In this document: one piece after another, positions 9,373 through 19,067 of the stretch
Layout of the letters: each line of letters opens with the position of its first letter
Numbering within the stretch: position 1 is the first letter of the stretch
Source: Candidatus Iainarchaeum sp.
GTDB taxonomy: Archaea > B1Sed10-29 > WALL01
Assembly: GCA_023129115.1 (NCBI GenBank)
Contig: JAGMCR010000011.1
Coordinates: 43,909 to 107,908 of the forward strand
Direction of reading: 5' to 3'
Length of the DNA stretch: 64,000 bases
Translations under genes and position numbers: made by a program
The notes under the pieces: generated by a model
Databases searched by the model: none
The model's input: only the letters and a program-made list of their open reading frames with translations
What the model was told of the DNA's origin: nothing

Positions 9373-11679
9373 ATGGCTGAGGAGAAGAGCCCTTACACTG
9401 TTAAGACTGAAGGCACAATCAAGTACCTGATTATTGACTGCCGCGGCTCGACCTACGGCCCAAGCATTGCGGACTACCCCCAGCGCATGTCCGAAGTAAT
9501 CGGGTATTTGGGCAAGACAGACGCCGACCGCATCGTCCTCGCCGAAGTATACGAGCGCGTCTACGACGAGGACCAGACGCGCATGCTGAAGCAGCTCGCC
9601 GAGCTCCTGCAGAAGTTCCGCGTCAAGGGGGTGTGGTCCCCGCAGTACCTCGGCGGCGACGCGTGCTCCGCGTTCCTCCCCACGCGCCACGACCTCGTCG
9701 TAAACATCGCGTCGGACCTCCTCCGCACCGACCCAATCCGCGCGTACATGAAGTGCATCCAGGCAATCCAGCGCGAGAAAGCACAGCTCCCCCAGCTGCC
9801 GCCCGAGCAGAAAGAATGCACGCAGACATTCCTCACCACGCTCGAGTACATCAAGGCAAACTTCGAGGCCACGGACCTAATCCAGCAGCTCAAGGGCTAC
9901 GTCCGCAAGCTCAAGAAGCTGCCGCCAGGCCGCGGCTTCTACCACACCGTGTTCGAGGCCCAATTAAAGCCGTCGTTCATCGGCTCCCGGCTCATGTTCA
10001 AGCTCCCCGCGGAAATTGAGCTCCTCGACCAATACGAGGTCAAGGGCACGCGCGTGACAATCTACAAGCACCCCGAAAAAATCGAGTACCTATACCACAT
10101 CAACCCGCCCGAGTACTCCCTCACCCCCGAGCACTACTTCCTCTTGAGCAAGACAAAGGAAATAGTGAGCGAGTACCACCCCGAGGGCCTTGAGTTCACA
10201 GAGCTCGCGACGAGCAAGGACTACTTCATGCGCATCTACGAGACGACCATCGCAGACATCGCGCGGCAAAACGGAATCGAAGTCTCGCATACAGACATCC
10301 AGCAGCTCGCGCGCATCGTCGCGCGCTACACCATAGGCTTCGGCATGATGGGACTGCTTTTGTCGGACGAGCGGCTCACCGACGTATACATCGACGCGCC
10401 GCTCGGGCAGAAGCCCGTGTACATTGTCCACAGCGACTACGGCCCGTGCCAGACCAACGTGTTCTTCTCGGAAGAAGAGGCCAACTCCGTGGTCTCGCGC
10501 TTCCGCTCCCTGTCGGGCAGGCCGTTCGACGAGGCGCACTCTGTCCTGGACTTCGACCTGCACGAGTACCACACGCGCACGTGCACAATCGGCCAGCCGC
10601 TCTCGCCGGACGGCGTCGCGTTCGCCTTGCGCTTGCACAAGGGAACGCCGTGGACCCTGCCGCAGTTCATCGACGTGAAGATGGTGACGAACGAGGTCGC
10701 GGGACTGCTGTCATTCCTGATTGACGCGCAGGCGTCCTCGCTCATCGTCGGGAGCAGAGGCTCGGGAAAGACTTCATTATTAATGTCGCTCATGCTCGAA
10801 ATCCTCCCCTCGCTGAGGGTCATAACTATAGAGGACACGCTTGAGCTGCCGGTCGAGTACATGCGCAAGACCGGGTACAACATCTGCCGGCTCAAGACAA
10901 GGAGCGCAATCTCTGTCGGCGCGATTGCGTCCGAGGTGTCGCCCGAGGACGCGCTCCGCACCGCGCTCAGGCTTGGCGACTCTGTACTCATCATGGGCGA
11001 GGTCCGCTCCAAGGAAGCGCTCGTGCTGTACGAGGCCATGCGCGTCGGCGCAGTGGGCAACGTTGTGATGGGCACAATCCACGCCGAGAACGCCTACTCT
11101 GTGTGGGACCGCGTTGTGAACGACCTCGGCGTGCCGAACACCTCGTTCAAGGCGACGGACATGTGCATTGTCTCCGCGCCAATCAGGTTCAAGGGAGCGC
11201 TGCAGAAGACGCGCCGCCTCGTCGAAATCACCGAGGTCGGCAAGACATGGTACGAGGACCCGGGCCGCGAGGGCGGCTTGATTGACCTGATGACGTACGA
11301 CGCGACGAACGACGTGCAGACCGTGCACAAGGACAACATTTTCGAGAACTCGCAGTTCTTCAAGAAAATCCAGCGGAGGCGCGGCATGGACATCGACATG
11401 ATTTGGGAGGACATCCAGCACCGCGCGTCCTCCAAGCAGTTCCTCGTGGACATGAAAAACGAGTACAAGATTCCCACGCTGCTCGAGGCGAGGTACACCG
11501 TCAGGATGAACGACAAGTACCTCCTGATGCAGGAGCTGTCGCGCCAGGAGCTTGGCAGTGTGGACTACCCCAAGGTGCTCGAGGACTGGAAGCAGTGGGT
11601 CAAGGACGGCTTCGTGAAAGAGCTGGTCTCGAGGAGGGATGCGCTTGCCAAGGTCAAGCCGGCGGCAAAAAAAGAGTGA
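9373..11679 (+). CDS. Type II/IV secretion (VirB11/TadA-like) pilus assembly ATPase, system A
   Basis: Walker A GSRGSGKTS, Asp box TIEDTLEL, Walker B LIMGEVR and GTIHA. Start reassigned to MAEEKSPY. Confidence 0.92.
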   Translation: MAEEKSPYTVKTEGTIKYLIIDCRGSTYGPSIADYPQRMSEVIGYLGKTDADRIVLAEVYERVYDEDQTRMLKQLAELLQKFRVKGVWSPQYLGGDACSAFLPTRHDLVVNIASDLLRTDPIRAYMKCIQAIQREKAQLPQLPPEQKECTQTFLTTLEYIKANFEATDLIQQLKGYVRKLKKLPPGRGFYHTVFEAQLKPSFIGSRLMFKLPAEIELLDQYEVKGTRVTIYKHPEKIEYLYHINPPEYSLTPEHYFLLSKTKEIVSEYHPEGLEFTELATSKDYFMRIYETTIADIARQNGIEVSHTDIQQLARIVARYTIGFGMMGLLLSDERLTDVYIDAPLGQKPVYIVHSDYGPCQTNVFFSEEEANSVVSRFRSLSGRPFDEAHSVLDFDLHEYHTRTCTIGQPLSPDGVAFALRLHKGTPWTLPQFIDVKMVTNEVAGLLSFLIDAQASSLIVGSRGSGKTSLLMSLMLEILPSLRVITIEDTLELPVEYMRKTGYNICRLKTRSAISVGAIASEVSPEDALRTALRLGDSVLIMGEVRSKEALVLYEAMRVGAVGNVVMGTIHAENAYSVWDRVVNDLGVPNTSFKATDMCIVSAPIRFKGALQKTRRLVEITEVGKTWYEDPGREGGLIDLMTYDATNDVQTVHKDNIFENSQFFKKIQRRRGMDIDMIWEDIQHRASSKQFLVDMKNEYKIPTLLEARYTVRMNDKYLLMQELSRQELGSVDYPKVLEDWKQWVKDGFVKELVSRRDALAKVKPAAKKE

Positions 11680-11698
11680 CTCCACTCCCAAAACGGAC

Positions 11699-13840
11699 GT
11701 GGCAGAGCTCCTCTTCGGCGCGGGCAGGAAGAAGCCCAAGAAGAAAAAAGTGGAGAAGCAGCACTGGTACATCGGCTTCTGCAAGAGAGCGGCCAAGTCC
11801 TTCGGCAAGGGCGCGAAGAAGGAATTGACCGAGCAGTACAAGGTCGCGCTCGCCTTCCTCGGGTGGAAGCTGAAGCCCGAAGAAGTCAACGCCGCGCCGT
11901 TGGTGCCGATGTACTACGGCATGGCGCTCGCGTTCGTGTGGGCGCTGCTCAACCTGGTGTTCTCCGGCTTCATCAACGTTGGCCTTAAGCCGATTGTTAT
12001 CCTTGGCACGGAAACAGGCCGCGGCGCAATCGAGGGCGGCTTCCTCCTGATTGGCCACCCGCTTTCGATGGGCATCCCGCTGTTCTGGTACCTCGCGCCG
12101 TTCGCCATCGCGTTCTACGCGATGTACTATATACAGTCCACGCCGATGCGCGAGGCAGAGAAGCTGCGCATCCGCTCGCTCACATTCATCCCCGAAATCG
12201 TGAACTACTTTGTCATGGCGATGAAGGTCACGCCCAACCTCGAGCGCGCGATTGCGTTCGTCGCGGAGCACGGCCAGGGCCGCGTCGCCGAGGACTTCAA
12301 GTCGCTGCAGTACGACATCCACGTCGGCAAGTACCGGACCGTCGAGGAAGCTTTGGACAACCTCGCGTGGAAGTGGGGCGACTACTCCCCGGAGTTCAAG
12401 CACGCACTGATGCTCATCCGCTCCTCAGTAATGGAGGCGGACGAGGGCAAGCGGAACGACCTGCTGGACAAGGCAATCACGGACGTGCTCGAGGGCATCC
12501 AGGAAAAAATGGACTTTTATTCCCGCGCCATGCACCAGCCGAGCATCTACCTCTACTACTTCGGCGTGCTGCTCCCGCTCCTCCTAATCATCATCATCCC
12601 TGTCGGCGCGATGATGGGCGGCGGCGGCATCGCGTGGCTCGCGGGCGCCATACCCCTCGCAATCATCTACAACGTGATGATTCCGGCCGCGTCGTTCCTC
12701 CTCGCGAAGAGCATTCTCGGGAAGCGGCCGCCGACGCGGGACGTCCCAAAAGTCCCCGTGGGCATGCCCGGCCTCCCCAAGCCGGGGTGGTTCAGCATCG
12801 GCGGGAGCCAGCTGCCCGTGACGTTTGTCGCCGCCGCGATTCTCGTTGGAATTGTCGCTGCGTCGTTCCTCGCGACGCCCATACTCGACCCCATGCCGCG
12901 CGTGTTCGAGCCAATGTACGACTCGTACTGCCTCATCGGCTCGCCGACCGGCCTGTGCATCCCGTACCTCCAGTACGCCGGCATCCTTTTGGGCATCGTG
13001 GCCGCGTTCGGGTTCCACATGTGGTCGAACCACAAGGACCGCTGGGCCATGCAGCGCGAGATAATCCAGATGGAGAACGGGTTCCAGGAGACATTGTACA
13101 TACTCGCGTCCCGCCTCGGCGAGGGAAGGCCGATGGAGGACGCGATGAAGCACGCGGCAGAGTTCATCCCCAACTCCCCCGCGACCAAGCGCATTTTCCT
13201 GCCGACGCTGCACAACATGCGCATGCTCGGCATGACAATCAAGATGGCTTTGTTCGACGAGGCGTACGGCTCCTTGCGGTTCATCCCGAGCGGGTTCATC
13301 AAGGGCACGATGCGCATCGTGGTCGACTCGCTGGGCCTGGGCGTCCAGACCGCGGCCAAGTCACTGATTTCCCTTTCCCTCCAGCTCCGCGCCATGCAGA
13401 AAGTCGAAAAAGCGCTCAAGGCAATGCTTTCGGACATCACGAGCATGATGAGCACGATGAGCATGTTCATCGCCCCGGTCGTGCTTGGAATCACCATCGC
13501 CTTGCAGCAAATCATCATGGGCGCGATGAAGTCCATGGGCGAGGCGGGCTTAGGGCAGCAAAGCACTGCGAACGTCCCCGGCATGAGCGCGTTCAAGATG
13601 CCCGAGCTGGGGGGCGGCGAGGCGCTCGAGGCCGCCGCGACGCAGGCAGAGCTATTGTTCATAATCAGCTTTTACATGGTCGAGATAGTCGTAATCCTCA
13701 TGTACTTTGCCTCGCACGTTAACGAGGGCGACAACGAGCTCGCGTTCAAGATGGCGATTGCGCAGGCGCTGCCGATTGCGATGGCGATTTTCTTTGGCGT
13801 GACGTTCATGGCAATGAAGATGACGGCGATTGGGATCTGA
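11699..13840 (+). CDS. Pilus membrane platform protein (T2SS-F/TadB-TadC-like, two fused halves)
   Basis: Multi-TM protein with two T2SS-F-like cytoplasmic segments (IPEIVNYFVMAMKVTPNLERAI; FQETLYILASRLGEGRPMEDAM), directly after the ATPase. Start uncertain (GTG 11699 vs 11639). Confidence 0.8.
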   Translation: MAELLFGAGRKKPKKKKVEKQHWYIGFCKRAAKSFGKGAKKELTEQYKVALAFLGWKLKPEEVNAAPLVPMYYGMALAFVWALLNLVFSGFINVGLKPIVILGTETGRGAIEGGFLLIGHPLSMGIPLFWYLAPFAIAFYAMYYIQSTPMREAEKLRIRSLTFIPEIVNYFVMAMKVTPNLERAIAFVAEHGQGRVAEDFKSLQYDIHVGKYRTVEEALDNLAWKWGDYSPEFKHALMLIRSSVMEADEGKRNDLLDKAITDVLEGIQEKMDFYSRAMHQPSIYLYYFGVLLPLLLIIIIPVGAMMGGGGIAWLAGAIPLAIIYNVMIPAASFLLAKSILGKRPPTRDVPKVPVGMPGLPKPGWFSIGGSQLPVTFVAAAILVGIVAASFLATPILDPMPRVFEPMYDSYCLIGSPTGLCIPYLQYAGILLGIVAAFGFHMWSNHKDRWAMQREIIQMENGFQETLYILASRLGEGRPMEDAMKHAAEFIPNSPATKRIFLPTLHNMRMLGMTIKMALFDEAYGSLRFIPSGFIKGTMRIVVDSLGLGVQTAAKSLISLSLQLRAMQKVEKALKAMLSDITSMMSTMSMFIAPVVLGITIALQQIIMGAMKSMGEAGLGQQSTANVPGMSAFKMPELGGGEALEAAATQAELLFIISFYMVEIVVILMYFASHVNEGDNELAFKMAIAQALPIAMAIFFGVTFMAMKMTAIGI

Positions 13841-13847
13841 TTGGCTA

Positions 13848-14318
13848 ATGAAGCTACCGAAAATAGGCTCGCGCGGGCAGCAGTGGGAAGTGATGAAGCT
13901 TTTGCAGGGCGGAGTCATCGCTGTGCTCATGCTCATCGTGGTCTATGGCGTGGTGAGCTCCGTCCGGGGCCAGACGCCGCGCTCTGACGTTTATTCCGTG
14001 TCATGCGAAATCCTGGGCTCTGCCTACGCGGCGAGGGGCACGGGCGAGCGGTTCGTGCGCGAGGCCCTGCTGGTGGAGCAGGAAATCTTTTCCGAGGCCC
14101 TCGTCCAGTGCTCGGGCCTGCCGTCCGGGACATCGGTGAAGATGATGTGCAAGCACGCCTTTTGTTTGCACGACGGAGAGCCCCTGAACCGGGGGAGCGA
14201 CTGCCGGCTGCACTCGCCGTGCTCGTCAATGGAGTTCGTGGCGGGCGATACCATCAACGTCTGTGCCGTCTGCGACGAGGGCGAGTGCCGCATCTGGTTC
14301 GGCGAGAGCGAGTGCTAA
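13848..14318 (+). CDS. Pilin-like protein, class III signal peptide
   Basis: SRG|QQWEVMKLLQGGVIAVLMLIVV followed by a Cys-rich domain. Confidence 0.7.
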   Translation: MKLPKIGSRGQQWEVMKLLQGGVIAVLMLIVVYGVVSSVRGQTPRSDVYSVSCEILGSAYAARGTGERFVREALLVEQEIFSEALVQCSGLPSGTSVKMMCKHAFCLHDGEPLNRGSDCRLHSPCSSMEFVAGDTINVCAVCDEGECRIWFGESEC

Positions 14319-14364
14319 CCTTTATATACCTCGCCTCTGTTATCCAAAAACGAGGTAATGCTTT

Positions 14365-14817
14365 ATGCAACGTGGACAAGCATTTGATGCATTCAAGCTT
14401 CTGATAGCCGCTGTCGTGGCAGGCGCCATTTTGGTCATCCTGCTCTCGATGATTAGCGGGTTCGTGCCTGTGGGCCAGGACCCACTGACGGTCATGGGGC
14501 AGGAGCTGAACAAGGTCAAGAAGGGCGGGGTTTGCTCGACTTCTTCCCAGGTAGTCCAGTTCAGCGATGGCCAGGAGTTCAGCGCGGACGCAGTGGCCCG
14601 TGAGGCAGGAATCAACTTGGGCCAGGTGCAGTTCTGCTGCAGCGGCGTTGAAGACGAGGGGGGCAAGTGTGATGGCTATATGTTCGACGACGAGGACGCG
14701 TTCGACTGTGATGAAGCGTCATTACTGGTAACCGCACAAATGTCCGGCAAAGTCCGTTCTTGTTGCCCAATCAGCAGTGATGCGCCCTGCGTCATTGGCT
14801 TCAAGGCAAGCAGGTAG
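14365..14817 (+). CDS. Pilin-like protein (candidate major pilin)
   Basis: MQRG|QAFDAFKLLIAAVVAGAILVILL. Has its own TATA-like CTTTATATA at ~14320 and a GAGGT RBS-like motif. Confidence 0.75.
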   Translation: MQRGQAFDAFKLLIAAVVAGAILVILLSMISGFVPVGQDPLTVMGQELNKVKKGGVCSTSSQVVQFSDGQEFSADAVAREAGINLGQVQFCCSGVEDEGGKCDGYMFDDEDAFDCDEASLLVTAQMSGKVRSCCPISSDAPCVIGFKASR

Positions 14818-14824
14818 ATTAGCA

Positions 14825-14989
14825 ATGCTTTGGATGCTGAAGGCACTGTTCAGGGATAATCGGGGCGACGTGAACTGGACCCCGATTTATCTCCTTATTT
14901 TGGCAGCCATCGCAGCAATACTCTTGATTAGCGTAATCAAGCCCATGTTCCAGAGCGCGGTCTCCAGCGCGTCAGCTGGCTTGCCCTAA
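14825..14989 (+). CDS. Very small (Flp-sized) pilin-like peptide
   Basis: MLWMLKALFRDNRG|DVNWTPIYLLILAAIAAILLISVIKP; 54 aa, essentially a single hydrophobic helix. Confidence 0.6.
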   Translation: MLWMLKALFRDNRGDVNWTPIYLLILAAIAAILLISVIKPMFQSAVSSASAGLP

Positions 14990-15091
14990 CCAGGGAAGGG
15001 GGACACCCCCCAGCCCTGGACGTTGACCTACGGCCAACGTCAACCTGCACGGGATACCTGACCCCCGCAAGCTCGCTTGCGCTCGCAGTTT

Positions 15092-15151
15092 TTTTTTCCG
15101 TCAACGCTTTTCCACCGGGCGAGCGGAGCGAGTAACAGGAAAAGGGTTGTT
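15092..15151 (+). repeat. Bipartite repeat, copy A (inverted relative to 19771-19847)
   Basis: TTTTTTCCGTCAACGCTTTTCCACCG (15092-15117) matches the reverse complement of 19822-19847 at 24/26. GTAACAGGAAAAGGGTTGTT (15132-15151) matches the reverse complement of 19771-19790 at 19/20. Confidence 0.85.
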
Positions 15152-15400
15152 ATAATCTGCGGTGGCCAGCGCGTCTGCTACGATGCCGCGAGTATTTTGC
15201 TTGTGTATGGGATGATAATGGAGCAAGGCAAACAATTTGGTAAATTATCGATTCGACAAGGTAGTCACGGATAGTACAATTTCAATCTGGAAAACGGTGG
15301 TTGATGTTCGAATCCAGTCTATGCCCCTACTTGATGCCTCGGCAAGTTATATCAGTCATCTTTAAATACCTGTTTTTGTGTGTGTATAAGGGGGGATAAA

Positions 15401-15895
15401 ATGAGTGTCACGGAAAAGTACAAAGAAGTAGTTCACTACATAATCCAAGAATGCCAAAAATCCCCCACCTTTGGCATGACTCTCTTATACAAACTCCTCT
15501 ATTTCACAGACTTCGATTATTACGAGCTCAATGGAACATCTATTACGGGTACTGACTACCGCAGAATCCCTTTGGGGCCAGCACCTTGCGACATAGACAT
15601 AGTTCTTTCACAACTAAAGGCAGAGGGTGCAATAAAAGAAACCCGCCTAGAATTTAGCGGGGTAAAACAAAGACGGCTTATTCCACTAGAGCCCGCAAAA
15701 CCTGAACACCTTTCCGCCATTGAAATAAAACATATTGACAACGAAATCCAAAAATACTCTGGTTGGACAGCTAGGAACATCAGCGCTTTTTCTCACGAAG
15801 ACATGCCCTTCAAAGCAACAGAGGAAAATGAACTAATCGACTACAAACTAGTGTTTTATCGGGGCGATAAGTTTTCTGTAAGGCAAGAAGAATGA
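15401..15895 (+). CDS. Panacea/DUF4065 (SocA-like) antitoxin
   Basis: Motifs LYKLLYFTDFDYY..G.SITG.DY...PLGP and SAFSHEDMPF. AT-rich relative to the flanks. Confidence 0.8.
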   Translation: MSVTEKYKEVVHYIIQECQKSPTFGMTLLYKLLYFTDFDYYELNGTSITGTDYRRIPLGPAPCDIDIVLSQLKAEGAIKETRLEFSGVKQRRLIPLEPAKPEHLSAIEIKHIDNEIQKYSGWTARNISAFSHEDMPFKATEENELIDYKLVFYRGDKFSVRQEE

Positions 15896-16251
15896 CATTC
15901 AACATAGGAAGCGTTCCAGAGTTCGATAAAGACTTAAAACGCTTGTCGAAAAAATATCGAACGTTGGATAGCGACTTCGAGACTTTTCAGAAAGCGTTGG
16001 CCGTTGACGGCCCAGCTCTTGTTGGAGTTGTTAGGATTAGTGGTTTGGGGGAGAATGTTCATACGCCCATCTACAAGGCAAGAAAATTCTATTGTCAGGA
16101 GCTCAGGAAGACTAGAAGCGGGTTCAGGGTAATATACGCCCATGTGTGTGCTGAGAACAAGATAACCCTTCTTGAGATGTACCACAAGAACAAACAAGAA
16201 AATGAGGATAAGAAACGAGTCTTCAAGTATTTTGGTGAACCTAGTCCTTGA
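15892..16251 (+). CDS. RelE/HigB-like toxin
   Basis: FDKDLKRLSKKY...IYKARK...RSGFRVIY...LLEMYHK; ATGA overlap with the antitoxin. Confidence 0.7.
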   Translation: MTFNIGSVPEFDKDLKRLSKKYRTLDSDFETFQKALAVDGPALVGVVRISGLGENVHTPIYKARKFYCQELRKTRSGFRVIYAHVCAENKITLLEMYHKNKQENEDKKRVFKYFGEPSP

Positions 16252-16336
16252 TTAATTTGTCGCAGGGCCTGGGCTGTTGGGTAAAGCTTGTCTGCTTAAG
16301 TAAAGCATTTAAACACCCCCTTCTTTGTTTTTGGTT

Positions 16337-16897
16337 ATGGCCAGTCGCGGACAGGAAGAGGCGCCCTTCTCGCTTTTGCTTGCTGTGGCGATGATGGCGC
16401 TCGTCATCCCCATAGCCGCCTACATGTTCCAGGGGTTCCAGGCGTGGGAGTGCCAGCAGCGCATCGAGAACAACATGGAGACCTTCGCGCGCGAGCTCGA
16501 GCTCGCCGCGACGCTCGGCGGCGGCAAGCGCGTCGTGGACATAGACCTTTCCCTCTACGCGTGCCCGGGCGTGCACGTCGACAACTTCACACTGAAGAAT
16601 CCTGGCCAGGACAGGTGCCAGGAAGTGTGCCACGACCCCAATTGCAGGATATTAGAGGCGGTGTACGAGGAGTTCGACGACGAGACAGGGGAATCGCTGG
16701 GCTTGTCCGTGGCCTCGCAGCCGGTGTGCGTGCGGATTCCGGTGAACGTTGACTTTTCGACCCTGGACTGCGACCCAAGCGAGGGCTATGAGCCGCTTGC
16801 GGGCGAGGGCCTCGCGCCGGGCTATTACCGCATCGCACTCATCAAGGAGGGCTACCGCGTCCGCGTGTGCAGGGTCCCGGTTGAGAGGTTTGGCTGA
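16337..16897 (+). CDS. Pilin-like protein, class III signal peptide
   Basis: MASRG|QEEAPFSLLLAVAMMALVIP; Cys-rich. Confidence 0.7.
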   Translation: MASRGQEEAPFSLLLAVAMMALVIPIAAYMFQGFQAWECQQRIENNMETFARELELAATLGGGKRVVDIDLSLYACPGVHVDNFTLKNPGQDRCQEVCHDPNCRILEAVYEEFDDETGESLGLSVASQPVCVRIPVNVDFSTLDCDPSEGYEPLAGEGLAPGYYRIALIKEGYRVRVCRVPVERFG

Positions 16898-17523
16898 TGA
16901 AGAAAGGCCTCGGGATGTGGATAATGAGCAAGCTCGTGCTCATGATTTTCCTATTCGCCTTGGTCCTTGTCCTCACCTTGTTCATGCGGGTATACAGCGA
17001 CAAGATAATTTCTGACACTGCGCAGAGCTACACTCTCCTGTGGAGCGAGGTCGCGAACGGCGCATTGCTTTACCGGTCGAGCAGCGACAGCGTGTTCCTC
17101 CCCGACATAATGCGGGTGCGCGAGGCGAACCGCGAGTACACTGTGATGGTGCAGAAGGTCGGGAGCGAGCGCGCCGTGTTCTTCCTGGCGTGGTACAAGC
17201 ACGAGACCGCGGAAGACATGCGTGGGGAGGGGTTCGCGGCGGCGACGGCAATCAACATGCCGTCGGCGGTGGCTGGCGACGGCAAAATCCTGTTGTTCGA
17301 GGGCCTGGAGGGCGAGGTCGGGTTCGAGGAGCCGCTGGACCCCAGCGTGCTGATGGTTCGGCCGTCCGAAAGGGTGGGCAGGGACACGACGCTTTTGTTC
17401 ACGCGGAAGGACGAGTACTTCTGCGTCGGCACGATAAAGGAGGGAGTGTCTGTCGAGCACTCGGTAAGCCTGTTCGGCGACTGCTGCCAGAAGGACTGGG
17501 ATGATGTTGATGGCTGCTACTAG
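16897..17523 (+). CDS. Pilin-like protein
   Basis: MKKG|LGMWIMSKLVLMIFLFALVLVL; start overlaps the upstream stop. Confidence 0.65.
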   Translation: MKKGLGMWIMSKLVLMIFLFALVLVLTLFMRVYSDKIISDTAQSYTLLWSEVANGALLYRSSSDSVFLPDIMRVREANREYTVMVQKVGSERAVFFLAWYKHETAEDMRGEGFAAATAINMPSAVAGDGKILLFEGLEGEVGFEEPLDPSVLMVRPSERVGRDTTLLFTRKDEYFCVGTIKEGVSVEHSVSLFGDCCQKDWDDVDGCY

Positions 17524-18016
17524 GGGCTACATCGGCCCGCTGGGCGACGACTTCCCCGCGATTTTCCCGATAGCCATGGGCCTTCTCCTTTTCTTTTCCG
17601 CCATCACGCTGACGTACGACTATTACAACACCAAGCACGACGCCGCGCTTTTGCTTGAGGCCAACACCGCACTGGCAAAAGCCGCGCGCGCCCAGCTCGT
17701 GTTCACGCAGGACTACTGGGACGAGGAGGGCGGCGTGTGCGACTTGATTGACAAGACCAAGGCGAACTACGGCGTGCGCGCCAAGGCCGAGCTACTGCAG
17801 TTCGAGCGGCTGGGCCCAACGAAATACGACTTCAACAAAATAAGGAAAATCGATGGCAAAACCCTGGGCGACAACCCGTGCGTTGACTACGAGGACGACG
17901 ACCGCAACCCATTGCCGTACGAGGGCGACTTCTTCATTTCCCTGACGTACCCAATCCTGCTGAAGTCTGGGAACGGCCAGGAGATAGCGACGCTGGTGGT
18001 GACGACGTGGATGTAA
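17510..18016 (+). CDS. Pilin-like protein
   Basis: TRG|YIGPLGDDFPAIFPIAMGLLLFF; C-terminal LVVTTW strand like other minor pilins. Confidence 0.6.
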   Translation: MAATRGYIGPLGDDFPAIFPIAMGLLLFFSAITLTYDYYNTKHDAALLLEANTALAKAARAQLVFTQDYWDEEGGVCDLIDKTKANYGVRAKAELLQFERLGPTKYDFNKIRKIDGKTLGDNPCVDYEDDDRNPLPYEGDFFISLTYPILLKSGNGQEIATLVVTTWM

Positions 18017-18576
18017 AGCGCGGCCAGGCAGTGGTCATCGACGGCCTGTTCTTCCTCATGATTTGCGGGTTTGCGGCGGCGACACTGTTGTGGGCGGGCT
18101 CTGTCTACGGCGACAAGAGCTTCGAGGCCTACCGCTACATTTACATGACGGACTACACAGGCGGCGCGATGGCTGTGCTGAGCAACCTCGACTACGAGTA
18201 CACGGTTTCAATCGGCGGCAGCTCCGCGGCCGTGAAGGCGGCGTGGCTCGACGAGCTCGGGTCGTACATGCTTGGCGAGTTCAACGAGACCGACGCGCGG
18301 TACAAGGTGATGCGTGGGCACTGGGATACGCTGTGCAGCCAGGCGCCTGCGCCGCTATTGCTCACTGTCTACTCTGAGTACGAGGGCACTGCCCGCGGCA
18401 CGCAGGAGGAGCCGCTCTACTTCGCGTGCGGCGAGGGAGACCGCAGCCTATTGAAGGCCCTCGAGGACGAGGACGGCGAGCTCAACATCTTCAAGTACCC
18501 GTACTATTCGTCGGACATTATGTCCAAGTCCTGCTCCACCCTGCGGTGCATAATGGACATAAAGATTTATTACTGA
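18007..18576 (+). CDS. Pilin-like protein
   Basis: KRG|QAVVIDGLFFLMICGFAAATLLW. Confidence 0.7.
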   Translation: MDVKRGQAVVIDGLFFLMICGFAAATLLWAGSVYGDKSFEAYRYIYMTDYTGGAMAVLSNLDYEYTVSIGGSSAAVKAAWLDELGSYMLGEFNETDARYKVMRGHWDTLCSQAPAPLLLTVYSEYEGTARGTQEEPLYFACGEGDRSLLKALEDEDGELNIFKYPYYSSDIMSKSCSTLRCIMDIKIYY

Positions 18577-18596
18577 AGTGATTATGGTGTAGCGGG

Positions 18597-19025
18597 ATGA
18601 TGATTGAGCTCTATTTCACGTTTTTCCAGATGGTGCTGGAGTACGGCGACTACCCTGCCATGCTGATAATGGCTTTCCTGACGTCGCTCGTGGTGTTCGC
18701 GGCGGCAGTCGTGGCAAAGCTCGCGCTCGGCAAGGTAAAGCCGTGGTACTTCTCGGCTTTCCTCGTGACAGAAGGGTATTTCCTGCTGGCGCAGGTGTTC
18801 CTCGCCTTCTTCTATTCCACAGAAATAGGCATCCTCACGTTTTTCGAGCCAGCGACTTATACTTATCTCGTCTTCGTCCTCCCCATGGCAATGGCGTACC
18901 GCAAGGCCATGGAGAAGTGGCCAGTCCTGCCGTGGCACTTCATGGTCTACGGCCTTTCCCTGCTGGCGTCGCTGGTGTTCTGGTACTTCGCGGTGTTTGT
19001 GTTCGGCATCTTCGCTCTGGCATAG
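18597..19025 (+). CDS. Small multi-pass membrane protein, unknown function
   Basis: About 4 hydrophobic helices; last gene of the pilin run. Confidence 0.6.
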   Translation: MMIELYFTFFQMVLEYGDYPAMLIMAFLTSLVVFAAAVVAKLALGKVKPWYFSAFLVTEGYFLLAQVFLAFFYSTEIGILTFFEPATYTYLVFVLPMAMAYRKAMEKWPVLPWHFMVYGLSLLASLVFWYFAVFVFGIFALA

Positions 19026-19067
19026 CTTTTATGCAGTGCTGCCCACAACAAGCACGGGGAGAGAGTT

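Noticed and set aside
14990-15151. SRP RNA, RNase P RNA or tRNA
   Set aside because: No conserved SRP helix 8 motif, RNase P P4 signature or cloverleaf/T-loop recognised.
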